A stretch of 64,000 nt of DNA from the NCBI GenBank assembly GCA_965226495.1, contig OZ245365.1:1696001-1760000 (forward strand), read 5' to 3'. The DNA comes from Candidatus Marinacidobacterales bacterium. GTDB lineage: Bacteria; Acidobacteriota; Vicinamibacteria; Marinacidobacterales; DATDRI01. A program made the translations under genes and the position numbers. Below, piece by piece: positions 1-10,921 of the stretch; position 1 is the first letter of the stretch, and each line of letters starts with the position of its first letter. Under the pieces are notes generated by a model. The model worked only from the letters and a program-made list of their open reading frames with translations, searched no databases and was not told the DNA's origin.

Positions 1-938
1 ACGTCCTCATGCCCGGCTATACGCACATGCGCCGGGGGCAACCGGTGGTATTCGCGCACTACTTGCTTTCCTATTTCTGGACTCTGCAAAGGGACCGGGA
101 ACGTTTCGCCGAGGCACGCACCCGGATTCTCCAGCTTCCGCTCGGGGCGGGCGCGCTGGCCGGAAACCCCATGGGTATCGACCGCGAGACACTTGCCGAA
201 GAGTTGGGTTTCGTTTCGATACTCGAAAACAGCATCGACGCCATCTCCTCCCGAGATTTCGCCCTCGAATTCTTGTCCGCCGCATCCATTCTGGCAACGA
301 ACCTGTCGCGGATGGCGGAGGATCTCATTTTGTGGTCCACCCGCGAGTTCGGCTTCATCGAGGTAGACGAGGCCTATGCCACCGGCAGCAGCCTGATGCC
401 GCAAAAGAGAAACCCCGATGGTCTCGAGCTGACGCGAGGCAAGTGCGGTCGGGTGGTCGGGGATTTGATGGCCCTTCTCACTACGGTCAAAGGGCTTCCT
501 ACCGGCTATCAGAGAGACCTTCAAGAAGACAAAGAACCCGTCTTCGATGCCATCGATACGCTGGCCGCGACGCTCTCCGTGGTCCGGGGAACGGTCGAGA
601 CGATCGCTGTCCACGCCGATGCGATGAAGGCGGCGCTTTCATCCGATCTCCTCGCCACCGACCTCGCCGACTATCTAGTGGGGAAGGGGGTCGATTTCCG
701 AAGGGCGCACCAGATCGTAGGTGAAGTCCTATCGAGCGCCGCGGAGCGGGGAACCGACCCTGCCGAGATGGACCTGTCGTCGCTACGTGAGTTCTCGGAT
801 GTGTTCGAGGAAGACGTTGCTCAAGTGTGGGATTACCGGGCGTCGGTCGAGCGGAGAGACTCTCGCGGCGGGGTGGCACCGGACGCTATCAGTGATCAGA
901 TGCGAAGGGTCCGCCAGGTCCTCGAGTCCGACGCCTAG
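1..938 (+). CDS. argH: argininosuccinate lyase (5'-partial, runs off window start)
   Basis: MPGYTH and GSSLMPQKRNPD fumarate-lyase signatures; only the C-terminal ~310 aa are present. Confidence 0.95.
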   Translation, partial: VLMPGYTHMRRGQPVVFAHYLLSYFWTLQRDRERFAEARTRILQLPLGAGALAGNPMGIDRETLAEELGFVSILENSIDAISSRDFALEFLSAASILATNLSRMAEDLILWSTREFGFIEVDEAYATGSSLMPQKRNPDGLELTRGKCGRVVGDLMALLTTVKGLPTGYQRDLQEDKEPVFDAIDTLAATLSVVRGTVETIAVHADAMKAALSSDLLATDLADYLVGKGVDFRRAHQIVGEVLSSAAERGTDPAEMDLSSLREFSDVFEEDVAQVWDYRASVERRDSRGGVAPDAISDQMRRVRQVLESDA

Positions 939-954
939 ACTCTCTTACTGGGAC

Positions 955-3252
955 TTACTTCCGAGTCACGAAGATAGGACTCGACCACGCGATTGCCCCG
1001 TCTTGTTGGAGGACTCGAACCCAGTATGCGGTCGTCCCGAACGGTACTTCCTTCTCGGTCCACGTGAAGCTGGCGTCCCGCTCGTAAGACTCGGCGACTC
1101 TTCGAATGACGACCTCTCGATCGAGGGGACCCACTTCATGGACCCAGTCCTCGGCGCTCAAATCCTTGATCGGAATCGATACACGAAATGGCTCGGAGGT
1201 GGCACCGCCCGAACCGAATTGGTTGCGGAAAGAAGTCTCGGCGTCGAGCACCAGGTCGGCCTCATCGGCGTCGACCAAGTCGAACACGACGCCGTCCTCG
1301 TCCCCTGAAGTCAGCGTGCGAAAGCGGAGCGTGCGAGCCCCTTCGCGTTCGAGCTCTTCGTTGGGGTAGTCGAACCGGTACGGCCGAGCCTCTCCGAATT
1401 TTCCTTCGCTCAACTGAATCGACCCACTCCAAACGACCTGCCGGCGGCGGTGTTTGCTGCGGGCTCCATGCCAGATGACTTTGACCCGATTCAACGGCCC
1501 CTTGGCCCGACCCACGTGTCGGTAGGCTCGTTCCAAACCTCGGAACAAATCGATGCGCTCTATTCCGTCTGTTCCGCCGACCTGGGCCGAGAAGGTGACT
1601 GGCCCTCGGGCTTCCATTTCCTCGCCCATCCAGTGCTCCCCGGCCTTGAACCGTAGCGCGATGCGCTCGCCGGTTGTGCCATAGACGCGCCGATCGAAAA
1701 AGGCCGCCCAAAGGGATTCGCGATCCAGGCCGCGGGCGTACACGCAAGTGAGCCCGCTGTGCACCGCAAACAGGCCGATACCGGGAATAGATTCGCCCGG
1801 CTTCGAATAGACATCATCGCTGCTGGCGACGAAGCCAACCTTGAGCCCTCGCTCGATGGCTTCTTCGATGATCCACTCGAATTGCCCATGGTTCGAGTAG
1901 ACCTCGATGATGGGCATGAAAGACGGATCGAAGAAATCGAAGTTCGCGCGTCGGCCACCGACGTGAGGCATGAGCATGACGCGGTCGGAGCCGATGGTCT
2001 CGAGTAACGTCGCGATGGTGTTGCGATCGGTGGAAGCGTCATGAGGAACTTCTGCTTCGACATAGGCGCTGCGGTGAACCGGACGGTCGTCGTCCAAGTA
2101 GATGACGTTGTGGTCGCCACCGTTGGGGGTGTTCCCCGACCATTCATAACCCAGATAGGTGACGAAACGACCCGTCTCGTTGAATTCTTTGATGGATTTC
2201 TGGACGTATTGCCAACCGTCGGGCGTGATGTGGACGTCGTTACCCGCCCAGGAGATGAAGTCGATGCCGGCAAAGCCCCGACCGTACGAGAGATAGTCGA
2301 CGACCCTGCCGATGCCGCCGGTCTCCTCGCTCTGCCCATGAAGGTCTCCCCAATAGGGCTGAAGCGTTTCGGGCGAAGACACGAGAGCGTTACTTCCTGC
2401 GGCGAGCCCCGGTTGCGAATCATCGACCACGCGAACCCGCACGGTATCTGTGTTGCCGACGACCACGCTCTCGAAACGGTGGAAGCCGCGGTCTACCTCG
2501 GTGAAGGTGTAACTAGACGGGAGCCCCGATACACTCGGAGGCGTCTCGAAACGAACGGTACCGCGATAAGAAGGCGAAGGATTGCCCCAGGAATCTTTAA
2601 CTCGTACTTGGAGCCAAGTTGGCTCGCCGGCCCGCACGCCGGTCGGCCAGATGACATCGAGATCGCTCTCCGGTCCGCCGACGACGCGGAGGGTGGGGGA
2701 GTCGAGGACGCGCACCTGCCGTACTGCGTTGAAGACATCCACCAACACACGAAACTGAAAGTCGGTCGCCTGATCGAACGTCTGAAACTGACTGCCCGGC
2801 CCGCCGCTGGAGCGATCCCCGAATGTGACGATGACCGTGTCACCCTCCTCGAGGGCGCCGTTGCTCACCGTAATCACCGCGCCTCGCCAAAAGGGCCGCG
2901 GACTCGCGTGGCGCGGCTCGAAGCGAGCGTCGAGGCTCGCGTTTCCGGTTGTGTGCACCGTCATGTACTCGGCTTTCTTAGGATCGTCGACTTGGAACGG
3001 GCCCCAATCAGTGCCGGCCTGGGTGAGGACGAAGATGCGTCCTCCGTCATCGATGCCCAGACGGCCCACGTGATACGTGAGCGTCCAGGTTCCCCACGAG
3101 CCGGCGACGAACTCGCCTTCCGGATCGATGGTGGCGTAACCGTAGAGCTCGCGGTTGCGTTCGAGCTCTTCCGCAGACTCGGGATTGCTTTCCGTGACGA
3201 CGAGCGTTGTCAGCATCGCGCCAACCAAAATGTGGGAATATCGCATTCGCAT
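955..3252 (-). CDS. secreted DUF3604/PHP-like metal-dependent hydrolase
   Basis: Likely start MRMRYSHILVGAML (signal-like); YWGDLHGQS, GYEWS, PHVGGR and GFVASSDD motifs; C-terminal YWVRVLQQDGAIAWSSPIFV. Confidence 0.75.
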   Translation of the reverse strand: MRMRYSHILVGAMLTTLVVTESNPESAEELERNRELYGYATIDPEGEFVAGSWGTWTLTYHVGRLGIDDGGRIFVLTQAGTDWGPFQVDDPKKAEYMTVHTTGNASLDARFEPRHASPRPFWRGAVITVSNGALEEGDTVIVTFGDRSSGGPGSQFQTFDQATDFQFRVLVDVFNAVRQVRVLDSPTLRVVGGPESDLDVIWPTGVRAGEPTWLQVRVKDSWGNPSPSYRGTVRFETPPSVSGLPSSYTFTEVDRGFHRFESVVVGNTDTVRVRVVDDSQPGLAAGSNALVSSPETLQPYWGDLHGQSEETGGIGRVVDYLSYGRGFAGIDFISWAGNDVHITPDGWQYVQKSIKEFNETGRFVTYLGYEWSGNTPNGGDHNVIYLDDDRPVHRSAYVEAEVPHDASTDRNTIATLLETIGSDRVMLMPHVGGRRANFDFFDPSFMPIIEVYSNHGQFEWIIEEAIERGLKVGFVASSDDVYSKPGESIPGIGLFAVHSGLTCVYARGLDRESLWAAFFDRRVYGTTGERIALRFKAGEHWMGEEMEARGPVTFSAQVGGTDGIERIDLFRGLERAYRHVGRAKGPLNRVKVIWHGARSKHRRRQVVWSGSIQLSEGKFGEARPYRFDYPNEELEREGARTLRFRTLTSGDEDGVVFDLVDADEADLVLDAETSFRNQFGSGGATSEPFRVSIPIKDLSAEDWVHEVGPLDREVVIRRVAESYERDASFTWTEKEVPFGTTAYWVRVLQQDGAIAWSSPIFVTRK

Positions 3253-3390
3253 CAGGGTTCCTCGGGGACGGAGACTATCACGACGGGGGAAACCTGCGCA
3301 TCCAGGAATCTCGCTGGCCAAGAGACGTGTGGCCGCATAAACTGCGCCCGACTTATTTGTGTCGAACCCACGGCAAACGGAGGCGTAATC

Positions 3391-6300
3391 ATGTCGAGCC
3401 CGAGTCGACCTTTCTTCTTGGTGACCTATTTCGTGACTCTCCTCTCCTTGGTAGTCACGACCGGAGCAGCCGCGGTACAGCAAGTGGCTCCCGAACAGTA
3501 CGAGTCGTTGAGCTACCGGCATATCGGACCGGTGGGTAACCGAGTGAGCTCGGTTGCCGGTGTGGCCGGCGACAGAATGACTTACTTTGCAGGTGCAGCC
3601 TCGGGAGGTGTATGGAAAACGACTGACGGCGGGCTCAACTGGGAGCCAGTGTTCGACGATCAACCAGTGCATTCGATCGGGTCTCTCGCCGTGGCTCCCT
3701 CCGATCCGAACGTCGTTTGGGCTGGCACCGGTGAATCCTTCATCCGATCGAACGTGTCCATCGGAAACGGGGTCTGGAAGTCGACCGACGCAGGTTCCAA
3801 CTGGGAACACCGCGGGCTCGAGGGGACGGGCCGCATTGGACGTATCGTCATCCATCCGACCGACCCCGACATCGTCTACATTGCGGCGCTAGGTCATGGA
3901 TACAGCGAACAGCCGGAGCGAGGGGTTTACCGCACGCTTGATGGAGGCAAGCACTGGGAGAAAGTCCTCTTCGTCGACGAGAAGACCGGTGCCTCCGATT
4001 TGGTGATGGATCCTGGAAACCCTCGGATCTTGATCGCGGGGATGTGGCAGATCGATATCAAGACTTGGGGCCGCGAGAGTGGCGGTCCGGGGAGTGGACT
4101 CTTCATGTCACGAGACGGCGGTGACAATTGGACCCGTCTGGAGGGGAAGGGCTTGCCGAAGCTGCCGGTGGGCAAGATCGCGGTTTGCATGAGCCCGGAA
4201 AGCTCCGACCGGATTTATGCTCTCATCGAGACCGGCGACGGAGTCCCTTGGCATGGCGAGGATACCGAAAGCGGCGAGCTCTGGCGTTCGGACGACGGTG
4301 GGGAGAACTGGGAGCTCACGACCCATAATCGGGACCTCGCGGGTCGGAGTGCTTACTACTCACGCTGCGCGGTGTCGACGAACGACGCGGACGAAGTCTA
4401 CTTTCTCTCGGCATCTTACAGTCGCACCAAGGATGGCGGTAAGACAGCCGAAAAGGCGGAGCGTATCGGTGAAGGGGGATTCGAGTCTCCCGGTTGGGAC
4501 CATCACGACATGTGGATCGATCCAACCGATGCCGGCCGCATGATCGTCGGCCATGACGGTGGGATCTCGATCTCCGAGAACCGGGGAAAATCTTGGCACC
4601 GGGTTCAGCTGCCGGTCGCTCAGATGTATCACGTCACCGTCGACAATCAGATTCCCTACTATGTTTACGGAAACCGGCAGGACGGCCCCTCGACTCGCGG
4701 CCCGAGCAACAGCCGCACCGGCGGCGGTTTCTTTGGTGGTGGTATTCCGCGAGGTATGTGGCACGGCGTTGGCGGTGGTGAAAGCGGTTTCGCGACTCCC
4801 GACCCCGTGGATCCGAACATCGTTTGGTCGACGGCTTCCGGGGCGGGTGCTGCCGGAGGGATCGTGGTTCGCTACAACGAGCTGACTCGGCAGTTCCGGC
4901 AGGTCGAGGTTTGGCCGGAGGCGACTTTTGGATGGCCGGCAGGGGGTCTCAAGTATCGGTTCCAGTGGACGTTTCCGTTGCTCATCTCTCCTCACGATCG
5001 CGACACCGTTTACGTGACCAGTCAGTTCGTCCATCGAACCCGAAACGGCGGTCAAAGCTGGGAGGTGATCAGCCCCGATTTGACGACCAACGACGAGAGC
5101 AAGCAGGGCATATCGGGTGGTCTCACCCCCGACAACATCGGTGTCGAGTACTGTTGCGTCCTCTACGCCTTCGAAGAGTCACCGGTGCGACAGGGTGTCC
5201 TCTGGACGGGCTCGAACGATGGCCTGGTGCATGTCAGCGAAGACGGTGGAGCGAACTGGACCAACGTGACTCAAAACATCCCCGGGCTTCCTGACCTTGG
5301 AACCGTACGCAATATCGACGCGTCCAAGTGGGATGTCGGCAAAGCGTATTTGACCGTCGATTTCCACCAGGTTGGCAACTTCGCGCCCTACGTTTACAAG
5401 ACGGAAGACTTGGGCAAGAGCTGGATCAAGATCACGAACGGCATCGCCGACGGTCCGCTCAGCTACGCTCGCAACGTCCGCGAGGATCCCGTGCGTCCGG
5501 GCCTCTTGTACTTGGGCACCGAGAACGCGCTCTATGTATCTTTCGATGACGGCGGCGGCTGGCAACCGCTCAAGAGCAATCTACCCGCAGCGCCCATGTA
5601 CTGGCTCGTGGTGCAGGAGCACTTCAATGACCTCGTCGTCGGAACCTACGGTCGCGGCTTCTGGATTCTCGACGACATCACGCCGCTCCAGCAGCTCACG
5701 GACGAGGTGACCGCTTCTGACGCCCACCTCTTCGAGCCCCGGCCGGCCTACCGCTTCCGACCGATCACACCGCTCATGTACACGCTGACGGACGCGTCGG
5801 CTGGCGACGACCCGCCTTATGGAGCGTCCATCAGTTACTGGTTGGCGAAAGCACCCGAGGATGCCGAGGACAATGATGAAGACACCGAGGTCAAGGTGAA
5901 GATCAAGGACGCGGCGGGGGAGACGATCCGAGAGCTCGAGGGTACGAAGAAGGCCGGCATCAATCGAATCTGGTGGGATCTCAAGGGCGAGGAATCGAAC
6001 GAGATCAAACTTCGAACGAAACCTCTTCACGCCGATTGGGTCGATCTCGGCGACGAGCGTTGGCGGAAGTCGGGGGTCGACCGCATCGCGGTCCTAGTCC
6101 CTCCCGGTGAGTACACCATTAGCCTTGAGGTCGAAGGTAAGGAGCACTCGAAGGATCTCGAGGTCCGCAAGGATCCCCACTCCGAGGGGACCGAGGCCGA
6201 CATCCGAGAGCAAACCGAAATGCTGGTCGCACTGCGGGAAGAGATGAACCAGGCGGCGGCGGCGATCAATCGCATCGAGTGGATCCGGCGCCAACTCGGC

Positions 6301-6675
6301 GACCTACAGGCGGTGGTGAAGGAGCTCGGTGACACGGAAGCACTGGAGTCCGGTGCCGAAGAGCTCGATGGAACCTTCGTGGTTTTGGAGGAAAAGCTCA
6401 CACAGATCAAAGCCACCGGGACCGGTCAGGATCGCGTCCGGTGGCCGTCGATGCTGGCGGGGAAGATCGCCTACTTGGCGAGCACCGTCGCCGTCGCCGA
6501 TTTTCCACCCACCGATCAACACCGCCAAGTGCACGAGGTTTTGAGGGGACGACTCCATCAGTACCAAGAGGAGTTAGAGACCCTCGTGAAGAATGAACTG
6601 GCTGCATTCAATAAGACGCTCGACGAACGCGAGCTGCCACGCATCGTGACCGGGCAGAAGCCGGAGACCGACTAA
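3391..6675 (+). CDS. secreted BNR/Asp-box (VPS10/sialidase-like) beta-propeller protein, putative glycosyl hydrolase
   Basis: GGAGG RBS before ATG 3391, signal peptide, many S/TxDGGxxW Asp boxes. Confidence 0.85.
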   Translation: MSSPSRPFFLVTYFVTLLSLVVTTGAAAVQQVAPEQYESLSYRHIGPVGNRVSSVAGVAGDRMTYFAGAASGGVWKTTDGGLNWEPVFDDQPVHSIGSLAVAPSDPNVVWAGTGESFIRSNVSIGNGVWKSTDAGSNWEHRGLEGTGRIGRIVIHPTDPDIVYIAALGHGYSEQPERGVYRTLDGGKHWEKVLFVDEKTGASDLVMDPGNPRILIAGMWQIDIKTWGRESGGPGSGLFMSRDGGDNWTRLEGKGLPKLPVGKIAVCMSPESSDRIYALIETGDGVPWHGEDTESGELWRSDDGGENWELTTHNRDLAGRSAYYSRCAVSTNDADEVYFLSASYSRTKDGGKTAEKAERIGEGGFESPGWDHHDMWIDPTDAGRMIVGHDGGISISENRGKSWHRVQLPVAQMYHVTVDNQIPYYVYGNRQDGPSTRGPSNSRTGGGFFGGGIPRGMWHGVGGGESGFATPDPVDPNIVWSTASGAGAAGGIVVRYNELTRQFRQVEVWPEATFGWPAGGLKYRFQWTFPLLISPHDRDTVYVTSQFVHRTRNGGQSWEVISPDLTTNDESKQGISGGLTPDNIGVEYCCVLYAFEESPVRQGVLWTGSNDGLVHVSEDGGANWTNVTQNIPGLPDLGTVRNIDASKWDVGKAYLTVDFHQVGNFAPYVYKTEDLGKSWIKITNGIADGPLSYARNVREDPVRPGLLYLGTENALYVSFDDGGGWQPLKSNLPAAPMYWLVVQEHFNDLVVGTYGRGFWILDDITPLQQLTDEVTASDAHLFEPRPAYRFRPITPLMYTLTDASAGDDPPYGASISYWLAKAPEDAEDNDEDTEVKVKIKDAAGETIRELEGTKKAGINRIWWDLKGEESNEIKLRTKPLHADWVDLGDERWRKSGVDRIAVLVPPGEYTISLEVEGKEHSKDLEVRKDPHSEGTEADIREQTEMLVALREEMNQAAAAINRIEWIRRQLGDLQAVVKELGDTEALESGAEELDGTFVVLEEKLTQIKATGTGQDRVRWPSMLAGKIAYLASTVAVADFPPTDQHRQVHEVLRGRLHQYQEELETLVKNELAAFNKTLDERELPRIVTGQKPETD

Positions 6676-6677
6676 AG

Positions 6678-9600
6678 ATGTGTACGAAACGCGCCGTCCT
6701 TGTTGGGCTCCTGACGTTAACCGCGCCCGGGCTCGTCTCTGCTGAGACTTACTCTCCCGATCTCTTCTCGGGACTCAGCTATCGAATGATAGGCCCGTCG
6801 CGGGGAGGTCGCGTTACGGCCGTCGCCGGCCACAAGGACCAGCCGTCGACGTTCTACCTCGGAGCGTCTGGCGGTGGCGTCTTCAAGACCACCGACTACG
6901 GTCAGAATTGGTTGCCTGTTTCCGACGGCTACTTTGCCACAGGATCGATCGGAGCCATTCGCGTCGCGGATTCGGATCCGAACATCGTTTATGTTGCCAC
7001 CGGATCGGACGGTCTCAGAAGCAACGTCATCATTGGGAAGGGTGTTTACAAGTCGTCAGACGCCGGCGAGACATGGGAGCACGTCGGTCTCGAAGAGACG
7101 GGCAACAGCGGAGCTCTTTTGATTCACCCGGAGAACCCCGATCTCGTATACCTAGCGGCGATCGGAAATCCGTTCGCATCGAGTCCACAACGCGGTGTCT
7201 ACCGTACCAAGGACGGCGGGTCGACGTGGGAGAAAGTGCTCTTCGTGTCGGAGAAAACGGGAGCCGTCGATCTGGAGTTCGCGCCGGATAACCCCCAAGA
7301 GATCTATGCCACGCTCTGGCGGGCAGAGCGGAAGCCGTGGACGATCATCAGTGGTGGGGAGGAGGGTGGTGTCTACAAGTCCTCGGATGGCGGCGATACT
7401 TGGTCCGAGCTGACGAACGGTTTGCCGCAGGGCCTTCGCGGTAAGGCCGACCTCGCCGTGTCTGCGGGAGACCCCGATCGCGTTTACGTGCTCATCGAGG
7501 CTCCCGACGAAGAAGGCGGGGTTTACCGGTCGGACGATCGAGGTGCGACCTGGGAGCAAGTGACGGACTATCAACCCATCCGCAATCGACCCTTCTATTA
7601 CTGCAACCTCGAGGCGCATCCCAGGAACCCCGACACTTTGTGGGGCATGGCGGAAGGCCATTGGAAATCTGAGGACGGAGGGAAGACTTGGGAGAGTCGC
7701 CCCGTGCCTCACGGTGACAATCACGATATGTGGATCAATCCCGATCTTCCGCACATCTTTATCCAGTCGAACGATGGCGGCGCGAACATCACGCTCGACG
7801 GAGGCGAGACGTGGTCGACCCAATTGAATCAGCCTACTGCGGAGCTCTACCAAGTCGACATCAGCGACGAGTTCCCTTATCGGCTCTTTGCGGGACAGCA
7901 GGACAACAGCACGATTTCACTTCCGAGTCTTCCGCCGCGCTACATGCCCGGAGGGCACACGTCTTTATGGGAAGCTCACGGCGGGTGTGAGACCGGCCCG
8001 GTGGTGCCGAAACCGGGAGATCCCGACATCGTCTATGCGAACTGCAAGGGACGCTTCGGAGTCTTCAATCGCCGGACCGGCCAAGAGCAACATAACTACG
8101 TCGGCTTCTGGAACCTCTATGGACACAATCCCCAGGACCTTGCGTTCCGGTTTCAGCGAGTGTCGCCGATTCATGCGTCGCCCCACGACCCGAGCCGCGT
8201 CTATCACACCTCGCAGTTCGTCCACGTGACCGAGGATGGGGGACGATCGTGGGAGACCATCTCCCCGGATCTCACCGCCTTCGATCCGGAGACGCAGGTC
8301 GTGTCAGGTAGTCCGATCACGCGCGACGTTACCGGTGAGGAACACTTCAGCGTCATCTATGAAATTCAAGAGTCGCCACACGAGCGGGGCGTCATCTGGG
8401 TTGGGGCCAACGACGGGCCGATTCACGTCACGAGGGACAACGGGAAGAATTGGGAGAACGTGACCCCTCGCGAGCTCGGGCCTTTCGGGCGCGTGCAGAA
8501 TATCGAGGTATCACCCCACGATCCGGCGAAGGCCTATGCCACGATCTTGCGCTACCAACTCGGAGATTTCGCACCCTATGTGTTCAAGACCGAGGATTAT
8601 GGGAAGAGCTGGACGCGGATCACGACGGGCGACAACGGTGTTCCAGATGATTACCCCGTTCGGGTGGTGAGAGAGGACCCCGATCGGAAGGGACTGCTCT
8701 ACGCGGGCACCGAGTTCGGCATGTTCATCTCGTTCGACGATGGGGGGGAGTGGCAACCTTTGCAACTCAACCTTCCGGTCACGCCGGTGACCGACATCAA
8801 GGTTGTCGACCAAGACCTGGTGTTGTCGACCATGGGTAGGGGTTTTTGGATCCTGTACGACCTGGCGCCGTTTCACGAAATGAACGCCGAGACGGCGAAG
8901 GCGAACCATCTCTTCCAAGTGAAACCTCCTTATCGCATGCACGCCACGCGCGGGTTTGGTGGTGACCGGGCGTCCCATGAGCCTCACTACCCGAGCCCGG
9001 GCGCCAACATCGACTACTACTTGGAGAGCGAGCCTTCCAGCGAACTGCGGCTCGAAATCCTCGACCGCGACGGAAACGTTGTCCGTATATTTTCCAGCGA
9101 GGATCTGGGAGAGAAGAACCTTCTCCCGAAAGAAGCAAGCATGCGGGATTGGAGTCTCGAGATTGTCGGGACCCCCAAGCTCTCCAGTGACGCTGGCATG
9201 CATCGCTTCCTGTGGGACCTACGTTATGCGGGGCCGTGGCATGAAGAGACGGAACGTTCCGGCCGCAAGGGATCGTTAGCGGCACCAGGAACCTATCGTG
9301 CCCGCCTGTCGGCGGGGGATTGGAGCCGGACGGTGTCCTTCGAAGTGAAGATGGATCCGCGTGTCGCGCGAGAAGGGGAGGTCAGCGAGGCGGACGTGGT
9401 GGCTCAGGTTGAGCTAGCGCTCGAGGTTCGCGACGCACTCAGCGACGCCCGGCTCGCCGCGGCCAATCTTGAACGGGCGATCGAGGAAGCGACCGACGAC
9501 GAGAAGGGGGCCCTGGTCGCTATCAAGGACGAGCTCGTCACCGCTCCCATCCGTTATTCGCAGCCGATGCTCGTGGACCAACTGTCCTACCTATACGAGA

Positions 9601-9719
9601 ACTTGCAGCGCGCCGATCAGCGACCGAGTCGTGATGCCATCGATCGGTGGGGGAAGCTGAACGAAGAGCTTCAGTCGCTACTCAGCAGGCTCGAGCAGGC
9701 CACAGGGACGACCGACTAG
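6678..9719 (+). CDS. second secreted BNR/VPS10-like putative glycosyl hydrolase (paralog)
   Basis: Signal peptide, GPSRGGRV start, repeated SxDGGxTW boxes; begins 2 bp after the previous gene. Confidence 0.85.
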   Translation: MCTKRAVLVGLLTLTAPGLVSAETYSPDLFSGLSYRMIGPSRGGRVTAVAGHKDQPSTFYLGASGGGVFKTTDYGQNWLPVSDGYFATGSIGAIRVADSDPNIVYVATGSDGLRSNVIIGKGVYKSSDAGETWEHVGLEETGNSGALLIHPENPDLVYLAAIGNPFASSPQRGVYRTKDGGSTWEKVLFVSEKTGAVDLEFAPDNPQEIYATLWRAERKPWTIISGGEEGGVYKSSDGGDTWSELTNGLPQGLRGKADLAVSAGDPDRVYVLIEAPDEEGGVYRSDDRGATWEQVTDYQPIRNRPFYYCNLEAHPRNPDTLWGMAEGHWKSEDGGKTWESRPVPHGDNHDMWINPDLPHIFIQSNDGGANITLDGGETWSTQLNQPTAELYQVDISDEFPYRLFAGQQDNSTISLPSLPPRYMPGGHTSLWEAHGGCETGPVVPKPGDPDIVYANCKGRFGVFNRRTGQEQHNYVGFWNLYGHNPQDLAFRFQRVSPIHASPHDPSRVYHTSQFVHVTEDGGRSWETISPDLTAFDPETQVVSGSPITRDVTGEEHFSVIYEIQESPHERGVIWVGANDGPIHVTRDNGKNWENVTPRELGPFGRVQNIEVSPHDPAKAYATILRYQLGDFAPYVFKTEDYGKSWTRITTGDNGVPDDYPVRVVREDPDRKGLLYAGTEFGMFISFDDGGEWQPLQLNLPVTPVTDIKVVDQDLVLSTMGRGFWILYDLAPFHEMNAETAKANHLFQVKPPYRMHATRGFGGDRASHEPHYPSPGANIDYYLESEPSSELRLEILDRDGNVVRIFSSEDLGEKNLLPKEASMRDWSLEIVGTPKLSSDAGMHRFLWDLRYAGPWHEETERSGRKGSLAAPGTYRARLSAGDWSRTVSFEVKMDPRVAREGEVSEADVVAQVELALEVRDALSDARLAAANLERAIEEATDDEKGALVAIKDELVTAPIRYSQPMLVDQLSYLYENLQRADQRPSRDAIDRWGKLNEELQSLLSRLEQATGTTD

Positions 9720-10779
9720 GAAGAGCCCTTGATCTGCCGCAGGGTTTCCTCGGGAAGGTCCAGGGTACGGATCGGATAGGGGATGACGATGCCCTCCTTC
9801 TTGTAGCGCGCGTCGAGCTTCTTGATGAACTCGTGCTTGATCAAGTATTGCGCGGCGAACTCATTCGTCCGCATGATCACCGTGAAGTTGATGCTGGAGT
9901 TTCCGAACGTGTGGTAGCGAATCAAGGGCTGGAAAGATGGGACGCCACCTCATACAGTGTTCATGATTTCCTGGGCGACCTCACAGGTCACTTTTTCCAC
10001 TTCCTCCAAATCGCTGTCATAGTGAACACCGACCTGCACCGGCACCGACATTTCGTGTTCCGGCATGTAGTAGTTGGTGATGATGGTGGACACCATCTGA
10101 CTGTTGGGTACGACCACCATGTTGTTCGGAATCTGCCGAATCCTCGTGCTTCGCCAGCCTATGTCCTCGACGTAACCTTCCTGTCCCGACTCGAGCTTGA
10201 CGTAGTCGCCGACTCGCACCGGCTTGGACAACAAAACGAAGACGCCGGCGAAAAGGTTGGAGAGGGTGTCCTGAAGTCCTAGGGCGACCGCCAAACCACC
10301 CACACCAAGAGCCGCAACCAAGGGAGTGACGTCGATCCCCAGGATGCCGAGCGCCAGGGTTACACCGAGTGCAATAATGACAATCTTGAGAATAGTCTCG
10401 GTAAGTCCGGTTGCGGGCAGATCGATTTGCCCGAGTAATGTCGCACGATGTACGCCGCGACGTTCGCGAGAACCAGGCTGACCGAGACGGCGATCAGAGC
10501 ACCAAGGAGTTTGTGGGAGTACGAGATGATCTGCGGATTGAGCTGGGAAGTGCCCACGGCGATCTGGATGCCGACAACAGCGCACCAAAGCAGTGAGGGA
10601 CCTCGCGTGGACTTGATGGTCGCGTCATCGACACGCGTGACGGTTTTTCGAGCCCATCGAGCGAGCAAGCGATATACGAACCCGCGGATGCCCACGGCAA
10701 TAATGAAGACACCGACGAAAACGAAAAACGGAGTGGCGAAGGCGTCTGCGTTGTCTATGACATAATTGATGTACTCCAT
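9716..10779 (-). pseudogene. mscS: mechanosensitive channel MscS, disrupted
   Basis: MscS motifs (LGVGGLAVALGLQDTLSNLFAG, GYVEDIGWRSTRI, GIVIPYP) split by a frameshift near 10427 and an in-frame TGA at 9950-9952. Confidence 0.8.
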
Positions 10780-10921
10780 GGCGTATCCTCTGTATCCTTT
10801 GTGTCCGAGGGGCGCTAATATATAGCTCGATACACGAGCCGTCAACGTGCCGAGGCGGAGGACGGAGGGACGTCTTAAGGGTGAACCGCCCGGTAAGGGG
10901 GCCGGGCCGAGAGGAATAGCG

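Noticed and set aside
2041-3855. Long overlapping ORF extensions (1544 aa on +, 966 aa on -) suggesting nested genes
   Set aside because: Antisense shadows of GC-rich coding sequence; the RBS and signal-peptide starts at 3391 (+) and 3252 (-) give non-overlapping divergent genes.
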